Below, one piece after another: positions 10,090 through 19,442 of a stretch of 64,000 bases of DNA. Source of the stretch: Candidatus Omnitrophota bacterium (GTDB lineage: Bacteria > Omnitrophota > Gorgyraeia > Gygaellales > Profunditerraquicolaceae); the NCBI GenBank assembly GCA_028715415.1, contig JAQURX010000007.1, positions 11,898 through 75,897 of the forward strand, read 5' to 3'. Within the stretch, counting starts at the first letter, position 1, and every line of letters starts with the position of its first letter. The translations under genes were made by a program, and so were the position numbers. The notes under the pieces were generated by a model. That model was not told the origin of the DNA. It saw nothing but the letters and a program-made list of their open reading frames with translations, and ran no database searches.

Positions 10090-10578
10090 ATTATTACTAC
10101 ACATTCTTTTAATGAATCTGCCACCTTTTCTCGCTCAGGTAGATTTTGCCCCGCCTTTGGCGGGGGGCCGCCAAAGGTCTTTCGCATTTCGGTGGCTGCT
10201 GAACTCGCGCCTCGTGTTCTCACTCGGCGCTCGAACAGCATCGCCATCCCGATATTGTCCCGCATTCGCGGGACATCGGGATTCCCTCAATGCTCAAGCT
10301 GCTTTGGCTAAAATCTACATTCGCTCGAAAAGCCGACAGATTCATTTAATAACATGATTAGAATTTTAGTATTTTGATTCGAGGCGCATTAGAAAACTTT
10401 CGGCAATGGCTATAACCGGTAGTGCGCAAAGATTTACGAGGAGCGAAGGACGGCTCCCAAGAGAACGCTAAGCCGAAGCGACGTGGTAAATCGCAGCGCA
10501 CGGCGAAAGTTTTCAGCGCCGAGAACAAAATACTAAAATTAAACGAGTGATAAACAAGACAAGGCAGACGCGTGAGCG
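10090..10578. repeat. GC-rich composite repeat element, copy A (core module 10422-10523 in + orientation; 15-bp inverted repeat 10362-10376 / 10526-10540 flanks the core)
   Basis: Shares with 34503-34928 and 63188-63652 a ~100-bp core (gtgcgcaaagatttacgaggagcgaaggacggctcc...gtaaatcgcagcgcac...) and a terminal module aacaagacaaggcagacgcg. GC content is far above the flanking genome, and the reading frame is not conserved between copies. Confidence 0.8.
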
Positions 10579-10663
10579 TTACTTAACAATTCAATTGAAA
10601 AATAGTTCTTTTGATGATATAAATCTAAGAGGTAGACTTAGAAAAGGAGTGCTTTAGGCAGAT

Positions 10664-11656
10664 ATGCTAAGAATTATTTTTTTACTAATATTTTTATCGT
10701 TTAGCGGCCTGGCAAACGCGGATATTATCAATTTTAAAGACGGCACTTCTATTGAGGGAGAGGTTATTTCGGAAGATAATCAGTCTATCAAAGTTAAGCA
10801 GTATATTAATTCTGCGGTGAATGCGATTACTTATTGCTCTAAAGCGGATGTAGCAAAAATTGAAAAAAAACCCTTGCCGCAGATAAAATTAGTTTCTCCA
10901 GCAAAGGAAAAAGAAGAATTTGAGATTATAAAAATCAGTAAGCCTACAAAACCAAAATTGGCGAAGGTAATCAAGAAAGATGAGCCTGTTAATAGTAAGA
11001 AAAGTAATGATAAGGATGTGAAAAAAGAAGTTGTTAAGAATAAAGAGGCAGAACAATTGCCTCAAGAAAAAGAAAAAACAATTCCTGTCAAACCCTCAAA
11101 TGCCGCAAAAGAAAACAGCCCGGAAAAAACAAAAGCCTTAAATAAAATCGTTAAAGAAGTTGTAAAAGAAAAATCAAAACCGGTTGTTGTGCCTGTAGTT
11201 GTGCCTGTAAGAGAGCCTGTTAAAGAAAAATCTGCGGGAAAGAAGAGGGTTGAACCAGTTAAAAAACCCACTCAAACTCCTAAGGAGAAGGCTTCAAAGC
11301 AAGGGTTGACTTTTTTTAAGCCCATACCGAAGGCTTTGTCTGGTTATAAAGTAATTTCGCGGAATGAAAAGGATTTTATCGGCTCTAAAAAGATGGATAG
11401 GGTTGAATATCTGATTTCTGTTCCCGTTCCGGCCAGTAAATCACAATTAAAACAAGTTTTTTCAGACGTTTTAAACCGTGAACTTAGGAATAATAAAAGC
11501 CTGGATGCGCTTTGGGTCACGGTTTATGCTGATGGGTCCACAGTTAAAGATATGCCTCGCGCCTACGGTATTTGGTCTCCTCAGGGGGGTTGGGATGATT
11601 TTGAGGATACCGTTGATAAGTCAAAATACACCTGGAGCTACAGATTTTTGTATTAA
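10664..11656 (+). CDS. hypothetical secreted protein (signal peptide, Lys/Pro-rich low-complexity linker, conserved ~110-aa C-terminal domain)
   Basis: N-terminal MLRIIFLLIFLSFSGLANA signal, KPVVVPVVVPVREPVKEK low-complexity linker, and a globular C-terminus with no recognised family. Confidence 0.55.
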   Translation: MLRIIFLLIFLSFSGLANADIINFKDGTSIEGEVISEDNQSIKVKQYINSAVNAITYCSKADVAKIEKKPLPQIKLVSPAKEKEEFEIIKISKPTKPKLAKVIKKDEPVNSKKSNDKDVKKEVVKNKEAEQLPQEKEKTIPVKPSNAAKENSPEKTKALNKIVKEVVKEKSKPVVVPVVVPVREPVKEKSAGKKRVEPVKKPTQTPKEKASKQGLTFFKPIPKALSGYKVISRNEKDFIGSKKMDRVEYLISVPVPASKSQLKQVFSDVLNRELRNNKSLDALWVTVYADGSTVKDMPRAYGIWSPQGGWDDFEDTVDKSKYTWSYRFLY

Positions 11657-11788
11657 AGTAAGTTTTGAATTTTCCAAGCCACCGTATTTTTAATACAATC
11701 CTATTAAAAGAAAATATTGTATAAGTTTTAAGATGTGTTAGAATTATTACACTATAATTAATTGGATATTAATAGGGAGGAATGAAAA

Positions 11789-11950
11789 ATGGTTGAATTT
11801 GGAGATTATAAGGGTAAGCCGGTAATGATTATAAGAAGAGATGAAAATGACAGGTTCCCTTTTTCCTTTGGCCTAAGTAAGGCTAAGTTAATTCTGGAGA
11901 ATATTGAAGAAATAAGGAAATTTGTTAAAGATAACGATAAACAACCGTAA
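11789..11950 (+). CDS. small hypothetical protein (53 aa), missed by the >=60-aa ORF track
   Basis: GGGAGG 8 nt upstream of the ATG. ORF MVEFGDYKGKPVMIIRRDENDRFPFSFGLSKAKLILENIEEIRKFVKDNDKQP. It sits alone in a 330-bp gap between two + strand genes. Confidence 0.35.
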   Translation: MVEFGDYKGKPVMIIRRDENDRFPFSFGLSKAKLILENIEEIRKFVKDNDKQP

Positions 11951-11989
11951 AAAGCCCGCCTTCCAGTATATAAAACAAGAGGTGAATAT

Positions 11990-12571
11990 ATGAGAAAACA
12001 GTTGATAGTATTTTTCTTTGTTTTTTTCGTTTTTTTTCTTGTAGGGTCCTCAATCGCCCAAGAATTTTCCGCAGACTTGGTAAGTACTACCGGTGGAGTG
12101 GTTTCTACGGGCAAGATCTTTGCTTCCAAAGATAAGGTAAGAATGGAATTGCCTCAGATGATTACGATTAGCAGGCAGGATAAGGGAGTAGTTTGGATGC
12201 TCATGCCTCAAGAGAAGACTTACCTTGAGCAGCCGTTTAAGGCGGATAATTTAATGGCTACTTCAGAAAAGATTGCTAATGAGTTAGAACGTAATTTGGT
12301 AGGCAAAGAAGAGATAGATGGCAAGATGGCTTCAAAATACAAAATTGCTTTTTTGCAATCAGGCAAGAAACTTGAGATATACCAATGGATTGCGTCGGGT
12401 TCAAACATACCATTAAAGACTCAAGCGGTGGATGGAAGCTGGACAATGGAATATAAGAACCTTATAACTCAGGCTCCAAGTGTTTCAATGTTTGAGATAC
12501 CAGCAGGTTATACCAAGCTTGATTACAATATTCCTGCTATGGATAATATTCTAAAGGGTTTGGGGAATTAA
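11990..12571 (+). CDS. hypothetical periplasmic protein (signal peptide; LolA-like / DUF4412-like beta-rich protein)
   Basis: MRKQLIVFFFVFFVFFLVGSSIAQE signal peptide and a ~170-aa mature domain. The family assignment is from memory only. Confidence 0.5.
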   Translation: MRKQLIVFFFVFFVFFLVGSSIAQEFSADLVSTTGGVVSTGKIFASKDKVRMELPQMITISRQDKGVVWMLMPQEKTYLEQPFKADNLMATSEKIANELERNLVGKEEIDGKMASKYKIAFLQSGKKLEIYQWIASGSNIPLKTQAVDGSWTMEYKNLITQAPSVSMFEIPAGYTKLDYNIPAMDNILKGLGN

Positions 12572-12589
12572 ATATTATTATAGAATGTG

Positions 12590-12618
12590 TTGACTTTTGG
12601 GCAAAAATAGCGTATAAT
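12590..12618 (+). promoter_or_regulatory. sigma70-type promoter for rpsO-pnp (TTGACT-N17-TATAAT)
   Basis: Consensus hexamers with 17-nt spacing, about 30 nt upstream of the rpsO RBS AAGGGGGTG. Confidence 0.6.
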
Positions 12619-12648
12619 TACCCATTATGTTAAAGGGGGTGAATTAGA

Positions 12649-12918
12649 TTGACTTTAGTAAAGGATAAAAAAGTGAAGATTATTGACGAATTCAAGGTTC
12701 ATGCAAGAGATACTGGTTCCGCAGAAGTTCAGATAGCAATTTTAACCGAGAGAATTAATCTTTTAGGTGATCATTTTAAATCACACAAAAAAGATTTCCA
12801 TTCTCGCCGCGGGCTGCTTTCGCTTGTTGGCAGGCGCCGCAGACTCCTCAATTATCTCAAGAAAAAAGATGTTAAGAAGTACGAAGATGTCTTAACTAAA
12901 TTAAGCTTGAGAAAATAA
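12649..12918 (+). CDS. rpsO: 30S ribosomal protein S15 (TTG start)
   Basis: [20 protein letters not shown] is the S15 signature, and the gene lies in a classic rpsO-pnp arrangement. Confidence 0.9.
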   Translation: MTLVKDKKVKIIDEFKVHARDTGSAEVQIAILTERINLLGDHFKSHKKDFHSRRGLLSLVGRRRRLLNYLKKKDVKKYEDVLTKLSLRK

Positions 12919-12941
12919 CCGTGGCATAATCAAGGAAAACA

Positions 12942-15035
12942 ATGGCAGAACAAAATAACCTAAGGGCAAAATTTGGGAAAAACGATCTAATCATAGAAAC
13001 CGGCAAGATAGCCAAGCAGGCAAATGCTTCGGTAACCGTTACTTATGGCGGTACCGTTGTGCTTGTGACTGCTTGTATGTCTAAAAAACTCAGGGAAGGG
13101 CAAGACTTTTTTCCTCTAACCGTTGAATATCAGGAAAAGACCTATGCCGCAGGAAGAATCCCCGGAGGGTTTTTTAAACGTGAGGGAAGGCCTTCTGAAA
13201 GCGAAATTCTAACCTCTCGGCTTATTGACAGGCCGATACGCCCATTATTTCCCGAAGGTTTTTTAAATGAAGTGCAGATTATGGCGATTGTTTTATCCAG
13301 CGATGGAGAAAATGATCCCGATATCCTAGCTGTAATAGGCGCTTCCACAGCTTTATCAATTTCCGACATTCCTTTTTTGGGTCCCATTGCAGCTTGCCGT
13401 GTTGCGCGAGTTAATAATGAACTCATATTAAATCCTACATATGCTGAGTTAGAGAAAGCCGATCTGGATGTTATTGTTACGGTGGGTAAGAAGGGTGTAG
13501 TAATGCTTGAATCAAAGGCTAAGGAGATTTCTGAAGAAGAATATATGGAGGCGGTCAAATTTGGCTATGATAATCTCCAGTGTATACTTAGCTTACAGGA
13601 AGAATTCGTCCGTTCAAGCGGTAAAGAAAAAGCTGCTATAGAATGTAAGAAGCTTGATCCCACATTAAGAGAGAAGATAGAAAGTTTATCTAAAGATAGA
13701 TTAAGAGAAGTTTATAAATTAAGCAAAAAAGAAGAGCGTGAAGAGGCGGTTGATTTATTAGCAAAAGAGCTTGAAGAAAAACTTACGCTTGAAGGGCACC
13801 TTGCTTCCGACGTAAAAACAGGGCTTCATGATGTAGAGAGAGAGCAGGTAAGAAGAAAAATTCTTGAAGAAAATGTCCGGGTTGACGGGAGAGGTTTTAA
13901 AGAAATCCGCCCAATCAGTGCTGAGGTTTCAATTTTACCAAGGACTCATGGTTCAAGCCTTTTTACGCGTGGGCAAACTCAAAGTTTAGCAGTTACTACT
14001 CTTGGTACCGGTGAAGATGAGCAGATGATTGAAGCTCTTGAAGGCGAAAAATACAAAAACTTTATGCTGCATTATAGTTTTCCTCCTTTTAGCGTAGGAG
14101 AAACTGGTCCTGTTCGCGGCCCTGGTCGCAGGGAGATTGGCCACGGCGCTTTAGCAGAAAAATCGCTTTTGGCTGTTATGCCTGGTAAAGATAAATTTCC
14201 ATATACGGTAAGAGTTGTTTCAGAGATTCTCGAATCAAACGGATCTTCCAGCATGGCCTCTGTTTGTGCTGCCGCACTTTCACTTATGGACGCAGGTGTT
14301 CCAATAAAATCTGCTGTAGGTGGAGTAGCTCTTGGTTTGGTAAAGTCCAAAGACAAAGCGGTAATCTTAACTGATATTACCGGCTTAGAGGACCATTTTG
14401 GCGATATGGATTTTAAAGTCGCTGGAACCAAAGAAGGAATTACTGCAGTTCAGCTTGATTTAAAGATTGATGGTATTGATTTAGACTTATTAAAGGCTTG
14501 TTTGTATCAATCAAGAGAAGGAAGATTCTTTATCTTGGATAAAATGCATCAAGCGCTTAATGAGCCAAGGACTGAATTGTCAACTTATGCCCCTCGTATT
14601 GAAGTTTTGAAGATTAATACTGAAAAAATCGGTGAGCTTATCGGGCCGGGCGGTAAAACTATTAAGGGCATTATTGCTTCAACCGGCGCTAGCATAGATA
14701 TTCAGGATGATGGCACTGTTTTGGTTGGTTCTAGTGAAGCTGCAAAGTCACAGGATGCTATCAGGATGATTAAGGCGATAACCGATGATGTTGAAGTTGG
14801 CAGGATCTATTCAGCTAAAGTAAAACGTATCATGGCCTTTGGCGCTTTTTGTGAGATTGCCCCTCGTAAGGAAGGCTTGGTACATGTTTCTGAATTATCC
14901 GATAAATTTGTAAAGAATGTAGAAGAAGTAGTAAAGATAGGCGATGAGATTAAAGTTAAAGTTATCGGCATAGATGAATTAGGCAGGATAAATTTAAGCA
15001 GGAAACAGGCGCTTACAGAAAATAGCGGGCAATAA
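12942..15035 (+). CDS. pnp: polyribonucleotide nucleotidyltransferase (PNPase)
   Basis: Two RNase PH domains (FGDMDFKVAGT), followed by KH and S1 domains at the C-terminus; ~700 aa. Confidence 0.95.
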   Translation: MAEQNNLRAKFGKNDLIIETGKIAKQANASVTVTYGGTVVLVTACMSKKLREGQDFFPLTVEYQEKTYAAGRIPGGFFKREGRPSESEILTSRLIDRPIRPLFPEGFLNEVQIMAIVLSSDGENDPDILAVIGASTALSISDIPFLGPIAACRVARVNNELILNPTYAELEKADLDVIVTVGKKGVVMLESKAKEISEEEYMEAVKFGYDNLQCILSLQEEFVRSSGKEKAAIECKKLDPTLREKIESLSKDRLREVYKLSKKEEREEAVDLLAKELEEKLTLEGHLASDVKTGLHDVEREQVRRKILEENVRVDGRGFKEIRPISAEVSILPRTHGSSLFTRGQTQSLAVTTLGTGEDEQMIEALEGEKYKNFMLHYSFPPFSVGETGPVRGPGRREIGHGALAEKSLLAVMPGKDKFPYTVRVVSEILESNGSSSMASVCAAALSLMDAGVPIKSAVGGVALGLVKSKDKAVILTDITGLEDHFGDMDFKVAGTKEGITAVQLDLKIDGIDLDLLKACLYQSREGRFFILDKMHQALNEPRTELSTYAPRIEVLKINTEKIGELIGPGGKTIKGIIASTGASIDIQDDGTVLVGSSEAAKSQDAIRMIKAITDDVEVGRIYSAKVKRIMAFGAFCEIAPRKEGLVHVSELSDKFVKNVEEVVKIGDEIKVKVIGIDELGRINLSRKQALTENSGQ

Positions 15036-15074
15036 AGTTATTTCTAACCAGAAGAACTAAATAACGTAGTTAAG

Positions 15075-17276
15075 GTGAAAGAAAGAAGACTAAATGAGGT
15101 TCGAGGCGTTATTTTAGTTGCAATTGGGCTTATGATTTTAGCAAGCCTGGTTAGATTTGAACGCCTTGACTTGCCGTTTTATACATCTTCTCCTAATTTC
15201 CCCCCTAAGAATCTTCTTGGAGTTTTCGGAGCATACTTCGGCGGAATTATTGTTGCTTTATTCGGTTTCCCAACTAGTTTTGTTATCCCCGTTTTGATTT
15301 TTTTATTAGGTATTAAGTTTTTCCGGCAGCACGAGCCTTATTTGAGCGCCCCACGCCTTATAGGGATGTTTACTTTGCTTTTATCTGTCTGCTCTTTTAT
15401 CGGAATGTTCAATTCCGGGAATGATTACGCGAGGTTTTACGCAGCAGGATTCTTAGGAACCTTGTTTTCAAATTTTATCACTTCTTTTTTTAGCAGGCTT
15501 GGCGGATTTATAATTTTTATTACCATAGCTATTATCTCGCTTGCTGTGGTTACGGGTAACTTGATTTCAGTTTTATTCATTGGCGGCACTAATAGTGTTA
15601 AATCAATTTTTGGACGTTTGCTCGGTAAAGAAAAACAGGGGAAAGAAACAGAGGTTAGGATTAAAGCGCCGGGTGCAATAAAGCCGTTAGACCGCGAAAA
15701 GAAAAGTGAAGTTTCGCTTTTGGATTCTTTAAAGAATAAAATTGCCGCAAGCAAAGAGGATTTTTCTAAACCTAAAATTCAAATTAAACCAAGGCCTTTA
15801 GCCTCGGTAGAAGTAAAAGTTAAGCCTCAAGAATTAAAGATAGGCGATTATCATCTGCCTTCCATTGAGCTTTTGGACCCTCCTCCGCCGTTTGAGGCGC
15901 GTCAGATTAAAGAAGATCTGGAAGGTTCCGCAAGGATCCTTGAAGAGACTCTGGAGGATTTTGGGATTTCAGCTAAAGTGACGGATGTTGAGCAAGGTCC
16001 TGTTATAACCCGGTATGAATTAGTCCCTGCTCCGGGCGTAAAACTTAATCGCATAGTAGCTTTAAGCGATGATGTAGCTCTTGCAATGAAGGCTCAGTCT
16101 GTGAGGATTATTGCCCCAATCCCGGGCAAGGGAAGCGTTGGTGTTGAAGTCCCGAATATGCAAAGCAGCTTCGTTATGTTAACAGAGGTGCTTGCTTCAA
16201 AAGAGTTCCAGTCAGCTCGTTCCAAGTTAACGCTTGTTTTGGGAAAAGATATTACTGGCCAACCTATCGTAGCTGACCTTGATGATATGCCGCATCTTTT
16301 GATAGCCGGAACTACCGGATCAGGAAAAACGGTTTGCGTGAATTCCATGATTTTGTCGCTTCTTTATAAATCAACTCCGACTGAATTAAAGCTTTTAATG
16401 GTTGATCCGAAGATGGTTGAGCTCATGCCTTTTAATGGGCTGCCGCATCTTTTATGCCCGGTTGTAACCGATGCTAAAAAAGCAGCTATTGCTTTAAATT
16501 GGGTAGTAACTGAAATGGAAGAGCGATATCAGCTTTTGGCGAAGATAGCAGCGCGTAATATAGAAAGTTATAATGAAAAAATAAAAGACGGAGAAAAACT
16601 TCCGTATATAGTTGTTATTATCGATGAGTTTGCGGACCTTATGAGCGTTGCGCGCGATCAGATTGAAAATGCGATTACTCGTTTAGCCCAGCTTTCCCGC
16701 GCAGTAGGTATACATTTAATATTAGCAACACAAAGGCCGTCCGTTGATGTTATTACGGGGGTCATTAAGGCTAATCTTCCGGCAAGAGTTTCTTTTAAGG
16801 TGGCCTCAAAGGTGGATTCCCGCACGGTGCTTGATATGAATGGGGCGGATAAGCTTTTGGGAAAAGGAGATATGCTATTCTTACGTCCCGGAGAATCAAA
16901 ATTAATCCGCATTCAAGGGACTCTTGTTAGCGATAAAGAGATTGAAAGAATAGTTGAATTTATCAAGGCCCAAGGCGAACCGATTTATGATGAGGAGATT
17001 CTTAAGGAGCAGCATAAATCAGGAGTTTCTGGAGGCCAAAAAGACGAGCTTTATGATGAGGCAGTCAGGATAATTATTGAAAGCAATCAAGCCTCTGTTT
17101 CAATATTGCAAAGGCGTATGCGGCTTGGATACACTCGGGCTGCCCGTATTATTGACTCAATGGAGGAAGAAGGCCTCGTCGGTCCTTTTGAAGGAAGTAA
17201 GCCCAGGAAGATCCTTGTAGATAGGCAGGCCTGGCTTGAAAAAAGTTTAGTCCCCGAGAATAAGGAGCAAGGTTAA
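15075..17276 (+). CDS. ftsK: DNA translocase FtsK/SpoIIIE
   Basis: N-terminal transmembrane segments, a linker, and a motor domain with Walker A GTTGSGKT, Walker B VVIIDEFADL and a C-terminal gamma (winged-helix) domain. GTG is the tentative start. Confidence 0.9.
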   Translation: MKERRLNEVRGVILVAIGLMILASLVRFERLDLPFYTSSPNFPPKNLLGVFGAYFGGIIVALFGFPTSFVIPVLIFLLGIKFFRQHEPYLSAPRLIGMFTLLLSVCSFIGMFNSGNDYARFYAAGFLGTLFSNFITSFFSRLGGFIIFITIAIISLAVVTGNLISVLFIGGTNSVKSIFGRLLGKEKQGKETEVRIKAPGAIKPLDREKKSEVSLLDSLKNKIAASKEDFSKPKIQIKPRPLASVEVKVKPQELKIGDYHLPSIELLDPPPPFEARQIKEDLEGSARILEETLEDFGISAKVTDVEQGPVITRYELVPAPGVKLNRIVALSDDVALAMKAQSVRIIAPIPGKGSVGVEVPNMQSSFVMLTEVLASKEFQSARSKLTLVLGKDITGQPIVADLDDMPHLLIAGTTGSGKTVCVNSMILSLLYKSTPTELKLLMVDPKMVELMPFNGLPHLLCPVVTDAKKAAIALNWVVTEMEERYQLLAKIAARNIESYNEKIKDGEKLPYIVVIIDEFADLMSVARDQIENAITRLAQLSRAVGIHLILATQRPSVDVITGVIKANLPARVSFKVASKVDSRTVLDMNGADKLLGKGDMLFLRPGESKLIRIQGTLVSDKEIERIVEFIKAQGEPIYDEEILKEQHKSGVSGGQKDELYDEAVRIIIESNQASVSILQRRMRLGYTRAARIIDSMEEEGLVGPFEGSKPRKILVDRQAWLEKSLVPENKEQG

Positions 17277-17280
17277 TTTT

Positions 17281-18198
17281 ATGGAAAGCATAGGAGCAAG
17301 GCTTAAAAAAATACGTTTGGAAAAAGGTGTCAGCCTTGAAGAAATCCAAAAGAGGACTAAGATCCATCCTAATATATTAAAATCAATAGAAGGAGATTCT
17401 CTTAGCGATATTAATCCCGTATATCTTAAAGGTTTTCTAAAGATTTATTGTAATTCTCTGGGGATTGATCCTAAAGATTATATTGTTGATCATAAAGAGG
17501 CTCGAACTTATTCAAAAATTGCAAAAGTTGTCAATTCAGAAGATCAAGAACCAAGCCTTAAGAAAAAAGAAACAACTTCTTTTAAGGCGAATCCAATTAA
17601 CTTGAGTTCTTTCAGGCCTTCTAAAACAGTTAAGAAAGCTATAGTCTTAGGTTTGGTAGTTATTGTTATAGGTTTTGGGTTGATAAAGATAGTAAAGTTT
17701 ATTTCTTTCAAACATAAAGAGAATTTGGCTAAAAAAGCAATTATTTCTCAATCTTTGAGTAAAGCTCCAGGAAAAGAGCAGAAGCCGACGAAGCCTTCAA
17801 AGAAATCAGCTAAACAACAAACTTCAAAATCAAAAGCTTCGACAGTTAATGAACAGAAAGTCCAAGCTAAGGAAACGCCTCGTATTGTTGAAGCCACAAC
17901 TAAGAAGGAAGTCATCCCTTTAAATAAGGAATCTATGCAAGGCATAAGATTGGGGATAAGGGCATTGGAGAATTGTTGGATTTCTTTAAGGGTTGATGGA
18001 AGGGTTGTTTTTCAGCGCGTCCTGGAAAAAGGAAGATTTGAAAGTTGGCAGGCAAAAGATAAGATGGAGCTTTCTTTAGGCAATGCAGGTGTGGTTGAAG
18101 TAGAGGTTAACGGCCAGCGGTTCGAAAGTTTGGGCAGAAAAGGCCAGTCGCTAAAGAATATTTTAGTTAATAAAGAAGGATTAAATATAAATAGATGA
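17281..18198 (+). CDS. rodZ: RodZ-like cytoskeletal protein (N-terminal HTH, single TM, C-terminal DUF4115)
   Basis: An HTH in LEEIQKRTKIHPNILKSIEGD, a TM helix AIVLGLVVIVIGFGLI, and a C-terminus matching the DUF4115 pattern. Confidence 0.65.
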   Translation: MESIGARLKKIRLEKGVSLEEIQKRTKIHPNILKSIEGDSLSDINPVYLKGFLKIYCNSLGIDPKDYIVDHKEARTYSKIAKVVNSEDQEPSLKKKETTSFKANPINLSSFRPSKTVKKAIVLGLVVIVIGFGLIKIVKFISFKHKENLAKKAIISQSLSKAPGKEQKPTKPSKKSAKQQTSKSKASTVNEQKVQAKETPRIVEATTKKEVIPLNKESMQGIRLGIRALENCWISLRVDGRVVFQRVLEKGRFESWQAKDKMELSLGNAGVVEVEVNGQRFESLGRKGQSLKNILVNKEGLNINR

Positions 18199-19442
18199 AA
18201 GCTAAAATTGGAATCCTAAGCTTAGGTTGCCCGCGTAATCTTGTTGATTCCGAGGCTATCCTTGGCCGCCTTAATTTTAAAGGGCATTCTATTGTAGATA
18301 TCAATAAGGCTGATGTAGCATTGATTAATACTTGTGCTTTTGTTGAGGATGCCAAGCGTGAATCTATAGAGGCAATACTTGATTTGGTCCAGCTTAAGAA
18401 AGAAGGTAAATTAAAAAAAATAATTGTTTTCGGCTGTCTTGCCCAACGCTATAAGGATGAATTGCGCAGGAAACTTCCGGAAGTGGATGCTTTTATAGGT
18501 AAGGTTTCTTTGAATCATGAACAAAACAGATACCCTATTACCCCGGAGCATTTTGTTTATTTGAAGATTTGTGAAGGCTGCGTTAATAATTGCAGTTTTT
18601 GTATTATCCCAAAGATAAAAGGAAGATTTACCAGCCTTGATGAGAAATCGATTCTTAGAAAAATAGAGTTATTTGACAATAAAAAGACTTCTGAGATTAA
18701 TATCGTAGGGCAGGACATCTCAGGATACGGGATAGACATTTTTGGAAGGCCCAGCTTAGCCGGGCTTTTAAAGAAAATTGATAAAAAATTAAAGAATACG
18801 CATTGGCTAAGGCTTCTTTATTTAAATCCCGCGCGTATTGATGATGATTTGCTAAAAATTATTAGGGATAACCCTAGGATTTGTAAATATATAGATTTGC
18901 CTATTCAGCATATAAATGATAGAATCTTAAAGCTTATGAACAGGCAAGTTACAAAGAAGCAAATTTCTGCTCTTATTGAGAAGATAAGAAAAACAATTCC
19001 TGGAGTTTGCTTAAGGACATCGGTTATTACCGGTTTTCCTTCTGAATCCGATAAAGAATTTAAAGAGTTGTCAGATTTTATTTCTGAAACAAGGTTTGAA
19101 AGGTTAGGAGCTTTTGTTTATTCCAGAGAGGAAGGGACCAAGGCTTATGATTTTAAGGCTCAGGTTCCTAAGAAAGTTAAGGTAGGGCGTTTTGATAAAA
19201 TTATGCTTATCCAGCAGGAAGTTTCCAGGGAATTTAACAAAAAGCAATTAGGTAAAGTTATTGAAGTTTTAATTGATGAGAAAGATAAAGATATCTATCT
19301 TGGACGAAGTTCTTTTGATGCGCCAGAGGTAGATGGCGTTGTGTATGTTAAATCAAAGAATAAATTAAAGCCAGGTGATTTTGTCAAAGTTAAAATTACC
19401 GATACTTTTGAATATGACCTATCAGGAGAGGTGCTAGAATGA
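18195..19442 (+). CDS. rimO: ribosomal protein S12 methylthiotransferase RimO
   Basis: SLGCPRNLVDSE N-terminal MTTase motif, radical-SAM CxxxCxxC (CVNNCSFC), and a C-terminal TRAM domain. Confidence 0.9.
   Translation: MKAKIGILSLGCPRNLVDSEAILGRLNFKGHSIVDINKADVALINTCAFVEDAKRESIEAILDLVQLKKEGKLKKIIVFGCLAQRYKDELRRKLPEVDAFIGKVSLNHEQNRYPITPEHFVYLKICEGCVNNCSFCIIPKIKGRFTSLDEKSILRKIELFDNKKTSEINIVGQDISGYGIDIFGRPSLAGLLKKIDKKLKNTHWLRLLYLNPARIDDDLLKIIRDNPRICKYIDLPIQHINDRILKLMNRQVTKKQISALIEKIRKTIPGVCLRTSVITGFPSESDKEFKELSDFISETRFERLGAFVYSREEGTKAYDFKAQVPKKVKVGRFDKIMLIQQEVSREFNKKQLGKVIEVLIDEKDKDIYLGRSSFDAPEVDGVVYVKSKNKLKPGDFVKVKITDTFEYDLSGEVLE

Noticed and set aside
10065-10357. ORFs of 66-81 aa predicted on both strands inside repeat copy A. 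Similar ORFs occur in copy B (34444-34749 on the plus strand, 34461-34709 on the minus strand) and in copy C (63404-63628 on the minus strand, 63415-63660 on the plus strand).
   Set aside because: They lie in GC-rich repeat DNA where stops are rare. They overlap each other on opposite strands and have no RBS. Most tellingly, the homologous core is read in different frames in different copies (VRKDLRGA then QENAKPKRR in B, versus KRTLSRSDE in C), so no protein is conserved.
10422-10523. Self-cleaving ribozyme (twister or hammerhead) in the repeat core, because of GGCTCCCAAGAG and its multi-stem fold.
   Set aside because: The conserved catalytic nucleotides are absent: there is no CUGAUGA...GAAA, and no twister AAGC...GCCCGG pairing partner. 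The similarity is superficial.
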